The notes below the pieces were generated by a model that did not search any database, had not been told where the DNA came from, and was given only the letters and a program-made list of their open reading frames with translations. A stretch of 64,000 bases of DNA from Christensenellaceae bacterium (lineage in GTDB: Bacteria > Bacillota > Clostridia > Christensenellales > CAG-138). The stretch spans positions 2,862,414-2,926,413 of the forward strand of contig OY762278.1 in assembly GCA_963665515.1 (NCBI GenBank), read 5' to 3'. Each line of letters opens with the position of its first letter. Within the stretch, counting starts at the first letter, position 1. The translations under genes and the position numbers were made by a program. Shown piece by piece: positions 1 to 9,558 of this stretch.

Positions 1-1146
1 GGCAGTCGTAACGACCTTATAGATGACGCTCGGTGCGGTCGTAACCAGATCAAGATCAAATTCCCGCTCAAGCCGCTCCGAAATAATCTCCATGTGCAGC
101 AATCCTAGGAAACCGCAGCGGAAACCATATCCAAGCGCGATAGACGTCTCCTGCTCATAGGAAAGCGACGCGTCGTTGAGTTTCAGTTTTTCAAGCGCAT
201 CGCGCAGGTCGTCATAATGTGCGCCGTCCGCGGGATAGATACCGCAGAATACCATCGGGTTGACCTGTTTGTATCCCGGCAGCGGTTTTGCCGCCGGATG
301 CTCTGCGGATGTAATCGTGTCGCCGACCTTTGTCTCCGCAACACTTTTGATTGACGCGGCAATGTAGCCGACCTCGCCTGCCGTCAACTCGTCGGTTGCA
401 TGCAGCGCGGGTGTAAACACGCCGACTTCCGTCACCTCAAATTCATGTTTGGTCGCCATGGAACGAATGCGCATGCCTTCTTTTACTGTTCCGTCAAACA
501 CGCGGACATACGAAAGCGCACCTTTGTAGTTGTCGTAAATACAGTCGAACACAAGCGCAGTCAGCGGCTTTTCCGCGTCGCCTTCCGGCGGCGGAATCTG
601 TTCCACGATCGCACCCAGCACCTCTGGGATGTTTGTGCCGATTTTTGCGGAAATCCTTGGAGCGTTCATCGCTTCGATGCCGATGACATCCTCAATCTCC
701 TGTGCTGTTCGCTCCGGCTCAGCACTCGGCAAATCGATCTTGTTGATAACGGGAACGACTTCAAGGCCGTTGTCAACGGCAAGGTAGACGTTTGCAAGCG
801 TCTGCGCCTCAATTCCCTGCGTTGCGTCGACAACGAGCACAGCGCCTTCGCAGGCCGCAAGTGCGCGGCTAACTTCGTAGTTAAAGTCGACATGCCCCGG
901 CGTGTCGATCAGATTAAGCATGTAACGTTTCCCGTCCGTATGATCGTAGAACATACGAACTGCAGACGACTTGATCGTAATGCCGCGCTCGCGTTCGATA
1001 TCCATCGAGTCGAGCAGTTGTGCTTCCATATCTCTTTCTTTAACGGTATCGGTCAGTTCCATCATGCGGTCCGCCACAGTTGATTTACCGTGGTCGATAT
1101 GCGCAATAATGGAAAAATTTCGTATTAGTTCATTCGGGTATGCCAT
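1..1146 (-). CDS. lepA: Elongation factor 4 (LepA) translational GTPase, N-terminal 382 codons; C-terminus lies beyond the window start
   Basis: Open at the window edge, so absent from the ORF track. My reverse translation from the ATG at 1144-1146 reads [31 protein letters not shown]...[10 protein letters not shown]...NKIDL (GTPase G1/G3/G4 motifs in LepA context). The + ORF 400..1083 is its antisense shadow. Confidence 0.9.
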   Translation of the reverse strand, partial: MAYPNELIRNFSIIAHIDHGKSTVADRMMELTDTVKERDMEAQLLDSMDIERERGITIKSSAVRMFYDHTDGKRYMLNLIDTPGHVDFNYEVSRALAACEGAVLVVDATQGIEAQTLANVYLAVDNGLEVVPVINKIDLPSAEPERTAQEIEDVIGIEAMNAPRISAKIGTNIPEVLGAIVEQIPPPEGDAEKPLTALVFDCIYDNYKGALSYVRVFDGTVKEGMRIRSMATKHEFEVTEVGVFTPALHATDELTAGEVGYIAASIKSVAETKVGDTITSAEHPAAKPLPGYKQVNPMVFCGIYPADGAHYDDLRDALEKLKLNDASLSYEQETSIALGYGFRCGFLGLLHMEIISERLEREFDLDLVTTAPSVIYKVVTTA

Positions 1147-1232
1147 GCAAATTCCCTCCCATATTCGGGTTACATCATACTGTATCCTTTAACGGATTGC
1201 AACACAAACCATCTGCCGCAAAACCACTTGCG

Positions 1233-1265
1233 ATAAAAAGCGGCGATGCTGATTCGCACCGCCGC
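1233..1265 (-). terminator. Intrinsic terminator downstream of the NlpC/P60 gene
   Basis: 9-bp GC-rich stem (1240-1248 / 1257-1265). The single mismatch becomes a G.U wobble only in the minus-strand RNA. The stem is followed on the minus strand by U5. Confidence 0.7.
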
Positions 1266-1280
1266 TTTGCATGCGTTTAA

Positions 1281-2462
1281 CTACTCAATCGGACGTCGTG
1301 CGACGACGAAATTTCTACGCCAGTAGGACGACTTCGCGCTTCTGCGAACAACCTTGCCATTTGCAGAGGAAGCGTCAATCATTTCACCACCGCCGATATA
1401 GATGCCAACGTGGCCGACTCTACTGCTGTCGTCGGACTTAAAGAACAAAAGATCTCCCGCTTTTACGCTGCTGAGGCTTGAAACCTTTGTCCAGCTGCTG
1501 GTCTTTGAGAGGCCGGAAGCGTTCAGCCTTCGTGTATAAACGTTGACTTGACGCAGGCAGTAGTATACAAGGCCGGAGCAGTCGAACGAATCCGGTCCGC
1601 TCTTGCCGAGCACGTATGGATCGCCGATCTGCTGTTTGGCGATCTTGATCATCTTCTCGATGCGGCCTTCGGCGGACGCGGCCTTTGCGGCGGCTGCTTC
1701 TTTCTTCTTTTCCTCTTCAATCTCCTGCTCTTTCGTATAGGAAACACGAGCATCGGCGGAGTTGATGGCCTCAAGAGTCTTTTCTCCGGCCTTGCCATCC
1801 TTGGTCAGATGATTTCGATTCTGGAATTTTGTAACTGCGCTAACAGTATCCGTCCCATAGTATCCCGTCACCTGGTTGTCGTCGAGATAACCAAGTTCGA
1901 CGAGCTGCCTTTGGAAGGATTCGATATCGTCTCCCTCGGCGCCTTCATACATGACATATGGTTTTGCCTCATCCGAATACAATAGCGCAACCGTCTGCTC
2001 TCCGCAAATGCCGTCCTGCTGCAGTTCGTGCTGCCGCTGAAATAGCTCGACGGCATACTGCGTGGCGTTGCCATAATAACTTGTCGGTTCATCAATTGCG
2101 AGATAACCGAGTTCCATCAGGCGCTTTTGCAGCGCTAAAACGTCGTCGCCTTCCTCACCTTTCTCAATCCAGACCGTCGGTGTCGGACTTGGTGTCAACG
2201 TTGGAGACGGCGTAATATAAACCGTCGGTGTAGCCGTTGTCAACGCGGCGACTTCCGCGGCCATTGCCTCGGCTTTATTGTTGCGTGTCTTTGGAATTGA
2301 GAAAATCAGGATGATACCGATCAATACAAAGATAGTTGAAAACGCAATAAACAAGCACGTCGTTTTACCCATGAAGTACATTGAGCGCAAGACGCGTTTC
2401 AGCCACATGATGAATTTGTGTTTCAGTCTTTTAAAAAACCGTCGAATATCATAATAATCCAT
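1281..2462 (-). CDS. Cell-wall hydrolase: N-terminal TM anchor, two peptidoglycan-binding repeats, C-terminal NlpC/P60 endopeptidase
   Basis: 393-aa ORF. Repeated LQKRLMELGYL / FQRQLVELGYL blocks (PG_binding_1-like). C-terminal DCSGLVYYC...GHVGIYIG (NlpC/P60 Cys/His). RBS GGGAGA lies 5 nt before the ATG at 2462. Confidence 0.85.
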   Translation of the reverse strand: MDYYDIRRFFKRLKHKFIMWLKRVLRSMYFMGKTTCLFIAFSTIFVLIGIILIFSIPKTRNNKAEAMAAEVAALTTATPTVYITPSPTLTPSPTPTVWIEKGEEGDDVLALQKRLMELGYLAIDEPTSYYGNATQYAVELFQRQHELQQDGICGEQTVALLYSDEAKPYVMYEGAEGDDIESFQRQLVELGYLDDNQVTGYYGTDTVSAVTKFQNRNHLTKDGKAGEKTLEAINSADARVSYTKEQEIEEEKKKEAAAAKAASAEGRIEKMIKIAKQQIGDPYVLGKSGPDSFDCSGLVYYCLRQVNVYTRRLNASGLSKTSSWTKVSSLSSVKAGDLLFFKSDDSSRVGHVGIYIGGGEMIDASSANGKVVRRSAKSSYWRRNFVVARRPIE

Positions 2463-2481
2463 AGCGGTCTCCCGATTTAAA

Positions 2482-2510
2482 ATTCTACGGAATTCGAATC
2501 ATTTTTGCAA
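2482..2510 (-). promoter_or_regulatory. Sigma-70-type promoter candidate for the NlpC/P60 gene (TTGCAA-17-TAGAAT)
   Basis: Read on the minus strand: -35 TTGCAA at 2505-2510, 17-nt spacer, -10 TAGAAT at 2482-2487, about 20 nt upstream of the RBS. Confidence 0.5.
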
Positions 2511-2653
2511 TAGGAATCTAAATATTGTAATATAATGTTCAAGATTCGGAGCGATTACCACTATATATAGTATTATACGAGACCGGTATTATACCGGTCT
2601 CGTATTGAATTGTGAACTATATTTCAGGCCTTCTTCACAAAGTGCCGAATTGT

Positions 2654-3577
2654 TTATGAAAACAGATCTGTTGACAGGTACCGTTCCCCGGTATCCGGCA
2701 GGATAACGACGATTCTAAGTCCGCTTTCTCTGCTTGTTTTCGCATATTTCAGCGCTCCGCAAAGCGCCGCTCCGCCCGAAATACCGCAAAGAATTCCTTC
2801 CATTTGCATAAACCGTTTTGCCGTTTCAATCGACTCTTCCGTCGATACGGACACAACCAGATCGATCACGGCCGGATCATAATTTTTCGGTACAAAGTTT
2901 GTGCCGATTCCCTGAATCCCGTGCGCGCCCGCGCCGCCGCCGGTCAGCACCGGCGATTCCTCAGGCTGAACTGCGATCACCTGGATTGCCGCGTTTTTTT
3001 GCTTTAAATACCGACCGGTGCCGCAGATCGTCCCGCCGGTACCAACGCCTGCAATCACTGCATCCAGCTTGCCATTCGCGTCCGACCATATCTCCGGTCC
3101 CGTCGTCTTTTCGTGCGCGGCGGGATTGTCCGGATTTTCAAACTGCATCATTCGAATACTGTTCGGGTATTCGCTCAATAATTCTTCCGCTTTTTCGTTT
3201 GCACCCGCCATTCCCGCGCTTCCGTCGGTCAGGACGATCTCGATGCCGAGCACACTTAAAATCTTTCTGCGCTCAACGCTCATGGTTTCCGGCATGGTCA
3301 ATACGACGTGGTAGCCGCGCGCGGCGGCGACAACGCCGAGACCTACGCCCGTGTTGCCGCTTGTCGCCTCAATCAAAGTATCACCGGGCTTGATCTCCCC
3401 GCGCTTTTCTGCTTCAACGATCATGTTCAGCGCAATGCGGTCCTTGGCGCTGCCGCCCGGATTCCTGTTTTCGAGTTTTACGATGATGTCCGCATCCGTT
3501 CCCGCGTCCACGCAGAACCGTTTTGCATGCATCAGCGGTGTCTTTCCAATTAAGTCGGTGGCGGAATCGTAAATCAT
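2654..3577 (-). CDS. cysK: Cysteine synthase A (O-acetylserine sulfhydrylase)
   Basis: 307 aa. GGSAKDR PLP-lysine motif, TSGNTG, GVGTGGT. Full-length CysK-like. The start overlaps the upstream gene's stop by 4 nt. Confidence 0.9.
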   Translation of the reverse strand: MIYDSATDLIGKTPLMHAKRFCVDAGTDADIIVKLENRNPGGSAKDRIALNMIVEAEKRGEIKPGDTLIEATSGNTGVGLGVVAAARGYHVVLTMPETMSVERRKILSVLGIEIVLTDGSAGMAGANEKAEELLSEYPNSIRMMQFENPDNPAAHEKTTGPEIWSDANGKLDAVIAGVGTGGTICGTGRYLKQKNAAIQVIAVQPEESPVLTGGGAGAHGIQGIGTNFVPKNYDPAVIDLVVSVSTEESIETAKRFMQMEGILCGISGGAALCGALKYAKTSRESGLRIVVILPDTGERYLSTDLFS

Positions 3578-4374
3578 GGCTTCAACGTCTCCAGTGCAGC
3601 CTGCATGATCGTCTTTGGCGTGGCTTCGGCGTCGTCCACGCGCACATACGGTTTGTCACTCGGCAAAAAATGCTCCATCTGCGTTGCATTCAAGCGCTCG
3701 AAGGCGGAGGCGTCGTCAATGATGACCAGTCGCGCCGTGGTACCCTGAACCGACAGCATGTCGCCGGCTTTCACCAGCGCGTCGGATTGTTCGCGTTTTG
3801 CAATTAAAACTACGTCCGGACCGTTTTTTGGCTCACGTAAAATTTCGGCGCAAACGGGCAGCAATACATTTTCTGTAGAAAAGAGTTTTGTCTTTTTCAG
3901 CATCATCGTTAAAGCATGCGCAACGACCGCGCCGATGATACACTGCATCGTATTAAATACAACGTTCGGAATGGCTGCCGCATAGCCATAGAGCACCGTT
4001 TCATAGAGGAAGTATCCAAGCGGGACGATAAGAGCGGCAATATAGAAAAAGAGATATCGAATTCCCTTTTCAGTCTTGGAAAACAAAAATCCCGCAACGA
4101 GCGCGACGGCGCCTTTGATTAAAAATGTTGCGGGCGCATAGACGCCCCAGCCGAGCAATATGTCCGACAGCGCGGACGCCACGCCTGCGCACAGCGCACC
4201 CCAGCCGCCGCCAAGCAGCGCGCCTGCGATCAGCACACCTGCGTCGCCAAGGTTGATATATCCAAGGCCGCCGGGCATCGGGATCGACACCAGTGTTGTG
4301 AGCAGTACGATTGCCGCAGCAAGAACTCCCGCGGTCGTCAGTCTCCGGACTGATTGATTCATGTGATCGTGCAT
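3574..4374 (-). CDS. ECF-transporter S-component-like membrane protein with a ~95-aa C-terminal soluble extension
   Basis: 266 aa. N-terminal ~170 aa has 5-6 TM helices with IPMPGGLGYINLGDAGVLIAGALLGGGWG, typical of ECF substrate-capture proteins. The C-terminal part is hydrophilic and I do not recognise it. RBS GGAGG precedes the ATG at 4374. Confidence 0.5.
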   Translation of the reverse strand: MHDHMNQSVRRLTTAGVLAAAIVLLTTLVSIPMPGGLGYINLGDAGVLIAGALLGGGWGALCAGVASALSDILLGWGVYAPATFLIKGAVALVAGFLFSKTEKGIRYLFFYIAALIVPLGYFLYETVLYGYAAAIPNVVFNTMQCIIGAVVAHALTMMLKKTKLFSTENVLLPVCAEILREPKNGPDVVLIAKREQSDALVKAGDMLSVQGTTARLVIIDDASAFERLNATQMEHFLPSDKPYVRVDDAEATPKTIMQAALETLKP

Positions 4375-4621
4375 TTTAGGTAGCCTCCGTGCTTTTCCAT
4401 AATGGCAGGCGATCGCGTGAGCAACCCTTGCCGGTAAATCATTTGTAACTTTATGAACATTATATGCGTATGTGTCAAGTTTTCCAACCCAAATGCGCCT
4501 TTCAGCATCGTTTTCCTGAAAAATTATAATAAATCAGAAATTTGTCACACACGTCGTTTGCAATATTGAGCCAAAAAAGAACGGCCCGCTTTGCACGAGC
4601 CGTTCAAAACCCGTCCAGGTT

Positions 4622-5617
4622 TTATTTTGCCTGCTCAATTGCGACTGCAACGGCAACCGTTGCGCCGACCATGGGGTTGTTTCCCATGCCGATAAGACCC
4701 ATCATTTCAACGTGCGCCGGGACCGAAGAGGAGCCCGCAAACTGTGCGTCGGAATGCATACGGCCCATGGTGTCGGTCATGCCGTAGGAAGCGGGACCTG
4801 CAGCCATGTTGTCCGGATGCAGCGTTCTGCCAGTGCCGCCGCCGCTTGCTACGGAAAAATACTTCTTTCCATTTTCGTTGCACCATTTTTTATATGTGCC
4901 CGCGACGGGGTGCTGGAAGCGCGTCGGGTTCGTTGAGTTACCGGTGATGGAAACATCCACGTTTTCGTGACGCATGATGGCGACGCCTTCGTTCACATCG
5001 TCCGCGCCATAGCAGCGAACCTTTGCGCGGTCGCCGTCCGAGAATGCGCGTGTGGAGACGATCTTGAGTTCGCCGGTCTTGTAATCATAGTCCGTTTCAA
5101 CACTTGTAAAACCGTTGATGCGGGAAATGATGTACGCCGCGTCCTTGCCGAGTCCGTTGAGGATGACCTGCAGCGGCTTCGTGCGGACTTTGTTGGCGGT
5201 CTTTGCAATGCCGATTGCGCCTTCTGCGGCGGCAAAGCTCTCGTGTCCTGCGAGGAAGCAGAAGCAGGAGGTTTCTTCGCGCAGAAGCATAGCGCCAAGA
5301 TTCCCGTGGCCGCGGCCAACGTTACGCTGGTCTGCGACGCTTCCGGGGATGCAGAACGACTGCAGGCCGATGCCGATTGCTTCGGCGGCTTCCGCAGCGG
5401 TCTTCGCACCCTTTTTGATTGCAATAGCTGCGCCAACCGTGTATGCCCAGCAGGCGTTTTCAAACGCGATGGGCTGAATGCCGCGGACGATGCCGAATAC
5501 GTCGATGCCCTTGCTTTCGCAAATCGACTTTGCTTCGTCTATATCTTTGATGCCGTAGTTGGCAAGCTCTTTGTTGATCTTGTCAATCCGTCTTTCGTAT
5601 CCTTCAAAAGTAGCCAT
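4622..5617 (-). CDS. GGGtGRT-family protein (function unknown)
   Basis: 331 aa containing the family-naming motif SVASGGGTGRTLHPDN. RBS AGGAGG present. Confidence 0.8.
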   Translation of the reverse strand: MATFEGYERRIDKINKELANYGIKDIDEAKSICESKGIDVFGIVRGIQPIAFENACWAYTVGAAIAIKKGAKTAAEAAEAIGIGLQSFCIPGSVADQRNVGRGHGNLGAMLLREETSCFCFLAGHESFAAAEGAIGIAKTANKVRTKPLQVILNGLGKDAAYIISRINGFTSVETDYDYKTGELKIVSTRAFSDGDRAKVRCYGADDVNEGVAIMRHENVDVSITGNSTNPTRFQHPVAGTYKKWCNENGKKYFSVASGGGTGRTLHPDNMAAGPASYGMTDTMGRMHSDAQFAGSSSVPAHVEMMGLIGMGNNPMVGATVAVAVAIEQAK

Positions 5618-5627
5618 AGCCGCCTCC

Positions 5628-6320
5628 TTACGCCTTACGCGGGTCGATCACCTTGGCCGCCTGGTCAAAGCGTCCGTAGGTGCCGATGTTCTGTTCGTAC
5701 GCTTCCTTGGGATCGACGCCCTTCTTGATGGCGTCCATCATCTTGCCAAGGCTGACGAACTTGTATCCGATGATTTCGCTGTTATCGTCCAGGCCGATTT
5801 CAATAACGTAACCTTCAGCCATTTCCAGATAACGCGCGCCTTTCAGTTTCGTGCCGTACATGGTTCCAATCTGGGAACGCAGGCCTTTGCCGAGGTCTTC
5901 AAGGCCGGCGCCGATGGGAAGTCCGCCTTCGGAGAACGCGCTCTGCGAACGTCCGTAAGCAATCTGTAAAAACAGCTCGCGCATTGCGGTGTTGATCGCG
6001 TCACACACGAGGTCCGTGTTCAGCGCTTCGAGGATCGTCTTGCCCGGCAGAATTTCGGACGCCATCGCTGCGGAGTGCGTCATGCCGCTGCAGCCAAGCG
6101 TTTCGACGAGCGCTTCTTCAATAATACCCTCTTTAATATTCAGCGTAAGCTTGCATGCGCCCTGCTGCGGTGCGCACCAGCCGACGCCATGCGTCATGCC
6201 GCTGATATCGGTGATTTGTTTCGCTTTGACCCATGCGCCCTCTTCAGGAATCGGAGCGGGATCATGCTTTGCGCCCTTACAGACGCATACCATCTCTTCC
6301 ACTTCTGGTGAATATTGCAT
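5628..6320 (-). CDS. NifU/IscU-N-terminal-like iron-sulfur scaffold-related protein
   Basis: Start reassigned to MQYSPEV (ATG at 6318-6320) because an AGGAGG RBS lies at 6329-6335. Cys-containing blocks VGWCAPQQGAC and LGCSGMTHSA. Confidence 0.65.
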   Translation of the reverse strand: MQYSPEVEEMVCVCKGAKHDPAPIPEEGAWVKAKQITDISGMTHGVGWCAPQQGACKLTLNIKEGIIEEALVETLGCSGMTHSAAMASEILPGKTILEALNTDLVCDAINTAMRELFLQIAYGRSQSAFSEGGLPIGAGLEDLGKGLRSQIGTMYGTKLKGARYLEMAEGYVIEIGLDDNSEIIGYKFVSLGKMMDAIKKGVDPKEAYEQNIGTYGRFDQAAKVIDPRKA

Positions 6321-6512
6321 ATGTGGAATTCCTCCTTCATTTATTAACAGATTCCAAATTGTTTCACGATATAGTATAACACTGGCTATTTCAAGTTTCA
6401 ATATTAAAATGTCTTGTTTTTTCAGTACTAATTATCCTCTTTTGCCACTGTGTTTGCATTTTTAGCAATCGTATGATATAGATAGGATATATTATTTGCG
6501 GAGGTTTAGAGA

Positions 6513-7040
6513 ATGAGTAAAAAACGAATATCTGATAAAAAAGTTGTCTTAAAAATAGCCAAAATTCTTATTGGACGTTTGAAGAACTTTTCACTTCCGG
6601 CAGATATGGATGCAGATGCTGCAATCCGTTCGATTATCGAAGAAAAGGCGTATCCGCTGATTACCTACGGTGATTTGGCAGCGGAATTGAACGAGGCCTT
6701 CGATTTAAAAGATTCATCGCAAAAATTCACCGCTTTGATGATCGACGATTTTCTCGGTATCCTCCTAAAAGAATCTATTCGATATGAATATAGCATCCCC
6801 TGCGTCGTTCACAACGGCAGCATCAGAAAGAAATTTGGACGCGATATCCCAATCACTGCAATTGTCGTAAACGATAAAAAACATGTGCCCGGAAGAAAGT
6901 TTTATTCTTGTTTTAATCTGCCGCATGCAAACGATTTGGAGCGCAGCGAGGCCGCTGTTCAGCTTATGAAGCAAATCTTTACTTTCAAAGACTGGAAGGG
7001 TTATACGGCAAAAGTTAAAAAAGTTTTTGATGATAAATAA
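6513..7040 (+). CDS. Hypothetical protein (175 aa) in an AT-rich pocket
   Basis: ORF with a GGAGG RBS 8 nt upstream. No family recognised with confidence. ITYGDLAAEL ... IPCVVHNG is only faintly reminiscent of MGMT/ATL-type DNA-binding domains. Confidence 0.55.
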   Translation: MSKKRISDKKVVLKIAKILIGRLKNFSLPADMDADAAIRSIIEEKAYPLITYGDLAAELNEAFDLKDSSQKFTALMIDDFLGILLKESIRYEYSIPCVVHNGSIRKKFGRDIPITAIVVNDKKHVPGRKFYSCFNLPHANDLERSEAAVQLMKQIFTFKDWKGYTAKVKKVFDDK

Positions 7041-7137
7041 CCTCCCATCTGCTTTTTCAAGAAAAAACATATACTCATTTTTAGCCGCCGGTTTTTTATA
7101 ACCGGCGGTCTTATACTATGCTATACTAATAGAGCAG

Positions 7138-7809
7138 ATGTTTATGGGGGTATTCAGGTTGAAATACTTTTTTCTTACGTTTTATATTATCGTTGTTGCC
7201 GTGCATCTTTACTCTTGTGTCCGCACGGGTCGGCACACACTTAGAAAGATCACCAAGTGTCTCTTAATGCCGCTTCTTGCGCTCTGCTATCGCCTGTTTG
7301 CGGTTAATTTTTCCAACCTGGTTTTCCTTGCGCTCATCTTCGGTTTTATTGGGGATGCATTTTTACTCGCGCCAAGATGGAACTGGTCGTTCGGCGCGGG
7401 ACTTGGTGCTTTTGCCGTTGGCCACGTCCTCTATATCATCTACATGATCGGTGCTTTACCAGCCGCACCGACATGGTATATGCTCGTTTTACTTGCATTG
7501 ATTTGCTGCATGTTGTCGCTGATTGCGCTTCGTTATCTTTGGGACGGGTTACCGCCGGTGCTTCGCGCCCCCTGTATATTCTATATGCTCGATATTTCGT
7601 TTATGGCGTGCTGTGCATTTTTGTACGCATTCTCAGGGCTTTCCGGTCTTGCACCGTTTGCGGCGCTTGGCGGCATATTGTTCATCGTATCCGACACAAC
7701 GCTTTCGATCGATACTTTTAAAGCCCCGGTGCCGCATCGATATATTATCGTTATGGGAACCTACATTGCCGCACAAACGCTTCTGACACTTGCGTTTGTT
7801 CTGAGCTAA
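7138..7809 (+). CDS. YhhN-family (lysoplasmalogenase-like) integral membrane protein
   Basis: 223 aa, ~7 TM helices. FGFIGDAFLL and FAVGHVLY blocks are typical of YhhN. The start codon is uncertain (weak RBS; an in-frame TTG a few codons downstream is possible). Confidence 0.65.
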   Translation: MFMGVFRLKYFFLTFYIIVVAVHLYSCVRTGRHTLRKITKCLLMPLLALCYRLFAVNFSNLVFLALIFGFIGDAFLLAPRWNWSFGAGLGAFAVGHVLYIIYMIGALPAAPTWYMLVLLALICCMLSLIALRYLWDGLPPVLRAPCIFYMLDISFMACCAFLYAFSGLSGLAPFAALGGILFIVSDTTLSIDTFKAPVPHRYIIVMGTYIAAQTLLTLAFVLS

Positions 7810-7819
7810 AGGAGGTCAA

Positions 7820-9088
7820 ATGGAAACCATCACACTCATCGTATCAATCTGTACATTCATATTGGTGCTTGCCGTTTTATTGTGGCTTGCACGCAATCAA
7901 CAATCGTTTCAGCGCGAACTACGGGAAGACCTTTCGCACTCGCTTTCCGAACTGCGCCGTGATTTAGTGGAAAGCATGCAGTCAACCGTATCAAACCTCG
8001 GTCGCATGATTCTAGAGCAGCAACGCACCGCAAACGCACAAAGTGAAACACGCTTTAAAACCTTTGAAGTCACAAATGAACAAAAACTTGAGGCGATTCG
8101 TCAAACCGTCGAACGGCGTATTGTCGCGCTGCAAAACGAAAACACGAAGAAGCTGGATGAAATGCGTGAAATTGTTGACGAAAAGCTGCAAAAAACGTTG
8201 GAATCCAAGGTTGCGCAGTCATTTAAACTTGTCAACGAACGGCTGGAGCAGGTCTACAAAGGTCTTGGCGAAATGCAAACGCTTGCCAATGGCGTCGGCG
8301 ACCTGAAAAAGGTTCTGTCCAATGTGAAAACGCGTGGTATCCTCGGCGAAATTCAACTGGGTGCTATTCTGGAAGAAATTCTCGCGCCGGAGCAATATGA
8401 AACTAACGTCGCAACCAAAAAAGGTAGTTCCGATCGTGTTGAGTATGCGGTAAAACTGCCAACGGACGACGGTGCGCCCGTGTTTTTGCCGATTGACTCC
8501 AAGTTCCCTGCCGATCTGTATTCCAATCTTCAGGACGCATACGAGGCCGGTTCACCGGAAGGTGTTAACGCTGCTATCGCCGCTCTGACTCAGCGCATCA
8601 AGCAAGAAGCCGCAAAGATTCGGGACAAGTACCTCGATCCACCAAACACAACCGATTTCGCAATCATGTTCCTTCCCTTTGAAGGATTATACGCAGAGGT
8701 CGTCAACCGCGGTTTAGTTGAAGAGCTCCAGCGGACCTGCCGTGTCAACATTGCCGGGCCTTCCACAATGGCTGCCATGCTCAACAGCCTGCAAATGGGA
8801 TTCCGCACATTCGCCATCCAAAAACGCAGTAGCGAAGTTTGGCGCGTGCTCGGTGCGGTTAAAACGGAATTCAACAAGTTTAGCATCGTTCTGGCCAATT
8901 CGCGGAAGCATATCCAGCAGGCGGACAACGATCTTGAACAGCTGATCGGAACCCGCACGCGCGCAATTTCGCGCAACCTTCGCGCCGTGGAACAGCTTGA
9001 CGACAACGGCACAAATGCAATTTTCGGCGCACTGGAATCGGCGCCGATCACCGCCGAGGACGTCGACGACGAGCAGGATTCCGAGTAA
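7820..9088 (+). CDS. rmuC: DNA recombination protein RmuC
   Basis: 422 aa. N-terminal TM, coiled-coil region, C-terminal RmuC nuclease-like region (GILGEIQLGAILEE..., FAIMFLPFEGLYAE). RBS AGGAGG. Confidence 0.85.
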   Translation: METITLIVSICTFILVLAVLLWLARNQQSFQRELREDLSHSLSELRRDLVESMQSTVSNLGRMILEQQRTANAQSETRFKTFEVTNEQKLEAIRQTVERRIVALQNENTKKLDEMREIVDEKLQKTLESKVAQSFKLVNERLEQVYKGLGEMQTLANGVGDLKKVLSNVKTRGILGEIQLGAILEEILAPEQYETNVATKKGSSDRVEYAVKLPTDDGAPVFLPIDSKFPADLYSNLQDAYEAGSPEGVNAAIAALTQRIKQEAAKIRDKYLDPPNTTDFAIMFLPFEGLYAEVVNRGLVEELQRTCRVNIAGPSTMAAMLNSLQMGFRTFAIQKRSSEVWRVLGAVKTEFNKFSIVLANSRKHIQQADNDLEQLIGTRTRAISRNLRAVEQLDDNGTNAIFGALESAPITAEDVDDEQDSE

Positions 9089-9100
9089 GAGACATGAAAC

Positions 9101-9140
9101 AAAAGAGCCGTCGAATCGCTTCGACGGCTCTTTTGCTTTT
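9101..9140. terminator. Bidirectional intrinsic terminator between convergent rmuC and the NifX-like gene
   Basis: 10-bp perfect stem GAGCCGTCGA / TCGACGGCTC with an A-run upstream and a T-run downstream. Confidence 0.8.
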
Positions 9141-9148
9141 CTCTCTAA

Positions 9149-9508
9149 TTAATGTCCGCATTCATCATGATGCTGGTGTTCATGACAAACCGAACCGGTC
9201 GACTCAAGCTTGCCTGCAAGATAGTTCTTTACGGCATCTTCGGCGCTTCCACTCGCTCCGGTAATGACTTCAATATTCTTGCTGTTGAAAATGTCGATTG
9301 CTCCGCCGCCCATGCCGCCGGAAATGATGACCTGTACGCCGAGGTCACTCAAGAATACCGGCAAAAAGCCGGGACGATGACCGGGATTCGGCACCGACTC
9401 GCTCTTTGTAATTTTCCCGTCTTCCGTATCGAAGATCATAAAGTTTTCACAGTGGCCAAAGTGGCCTGTCACCATCTTCTGTTCGCTTGCTACCGCTATT
9501 TTTCTCAT
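9149..9508 (-). CDS. NifB/NifX-family (dinitrogenase FeMo-cofactor-binding domain) protein with a His/Cys-rich tail
   Basis: 119 aa. MRKIAVAS..VTGHFGHC..F..FD start typical of Nitro_FeMo-Co (PF02579) proteins. C-terminal CHEHQHHDECGH. Confidence 0.8.
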   Translation of the reverse strand: MRKIAVASEQKMVTGHFGHCENFMIFDTEDGKITKSESVPNPGHRPGFLPVFLSDLGVQVIISGGMGGGAIDIFNSKNIEVITGASGSAEDAVKNYLAGKLESTGSVCHEHQHHDECGH

Positions 9509-9558
9509 GTTTGTTTCCGCCTTTCAGTTTTATATGGATTGTTTGCAAAATATAAATC

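Noticed and set aside
400-1083. 227-aa + strand ORF at the start of the window
   Set aside because: It lies entirely antisense to a clear LepA reading frame (minus strand, 1..1146). It has Arg/Cys-rich shadow-ORF composition and no RBS.
4375-4621. Possible riboswitch (SAM, T-box or similar) in the leader of the S-component-like/cysK pair
   Set aside because: The leader after the best promoter candidate is only about 85 nt. I could not match it to any riboswitch consensus I know. It is left as a check rather than a call.
4967-5969. Long + strand ORFs (253 aa, 136 aa) across the GGGtGRT/NifU-like genes
   Set aside because: They are antisense shadows of two well-supported minus-strand genes. 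They have low-complexity Ala/Arg-rich translations and no RBS.
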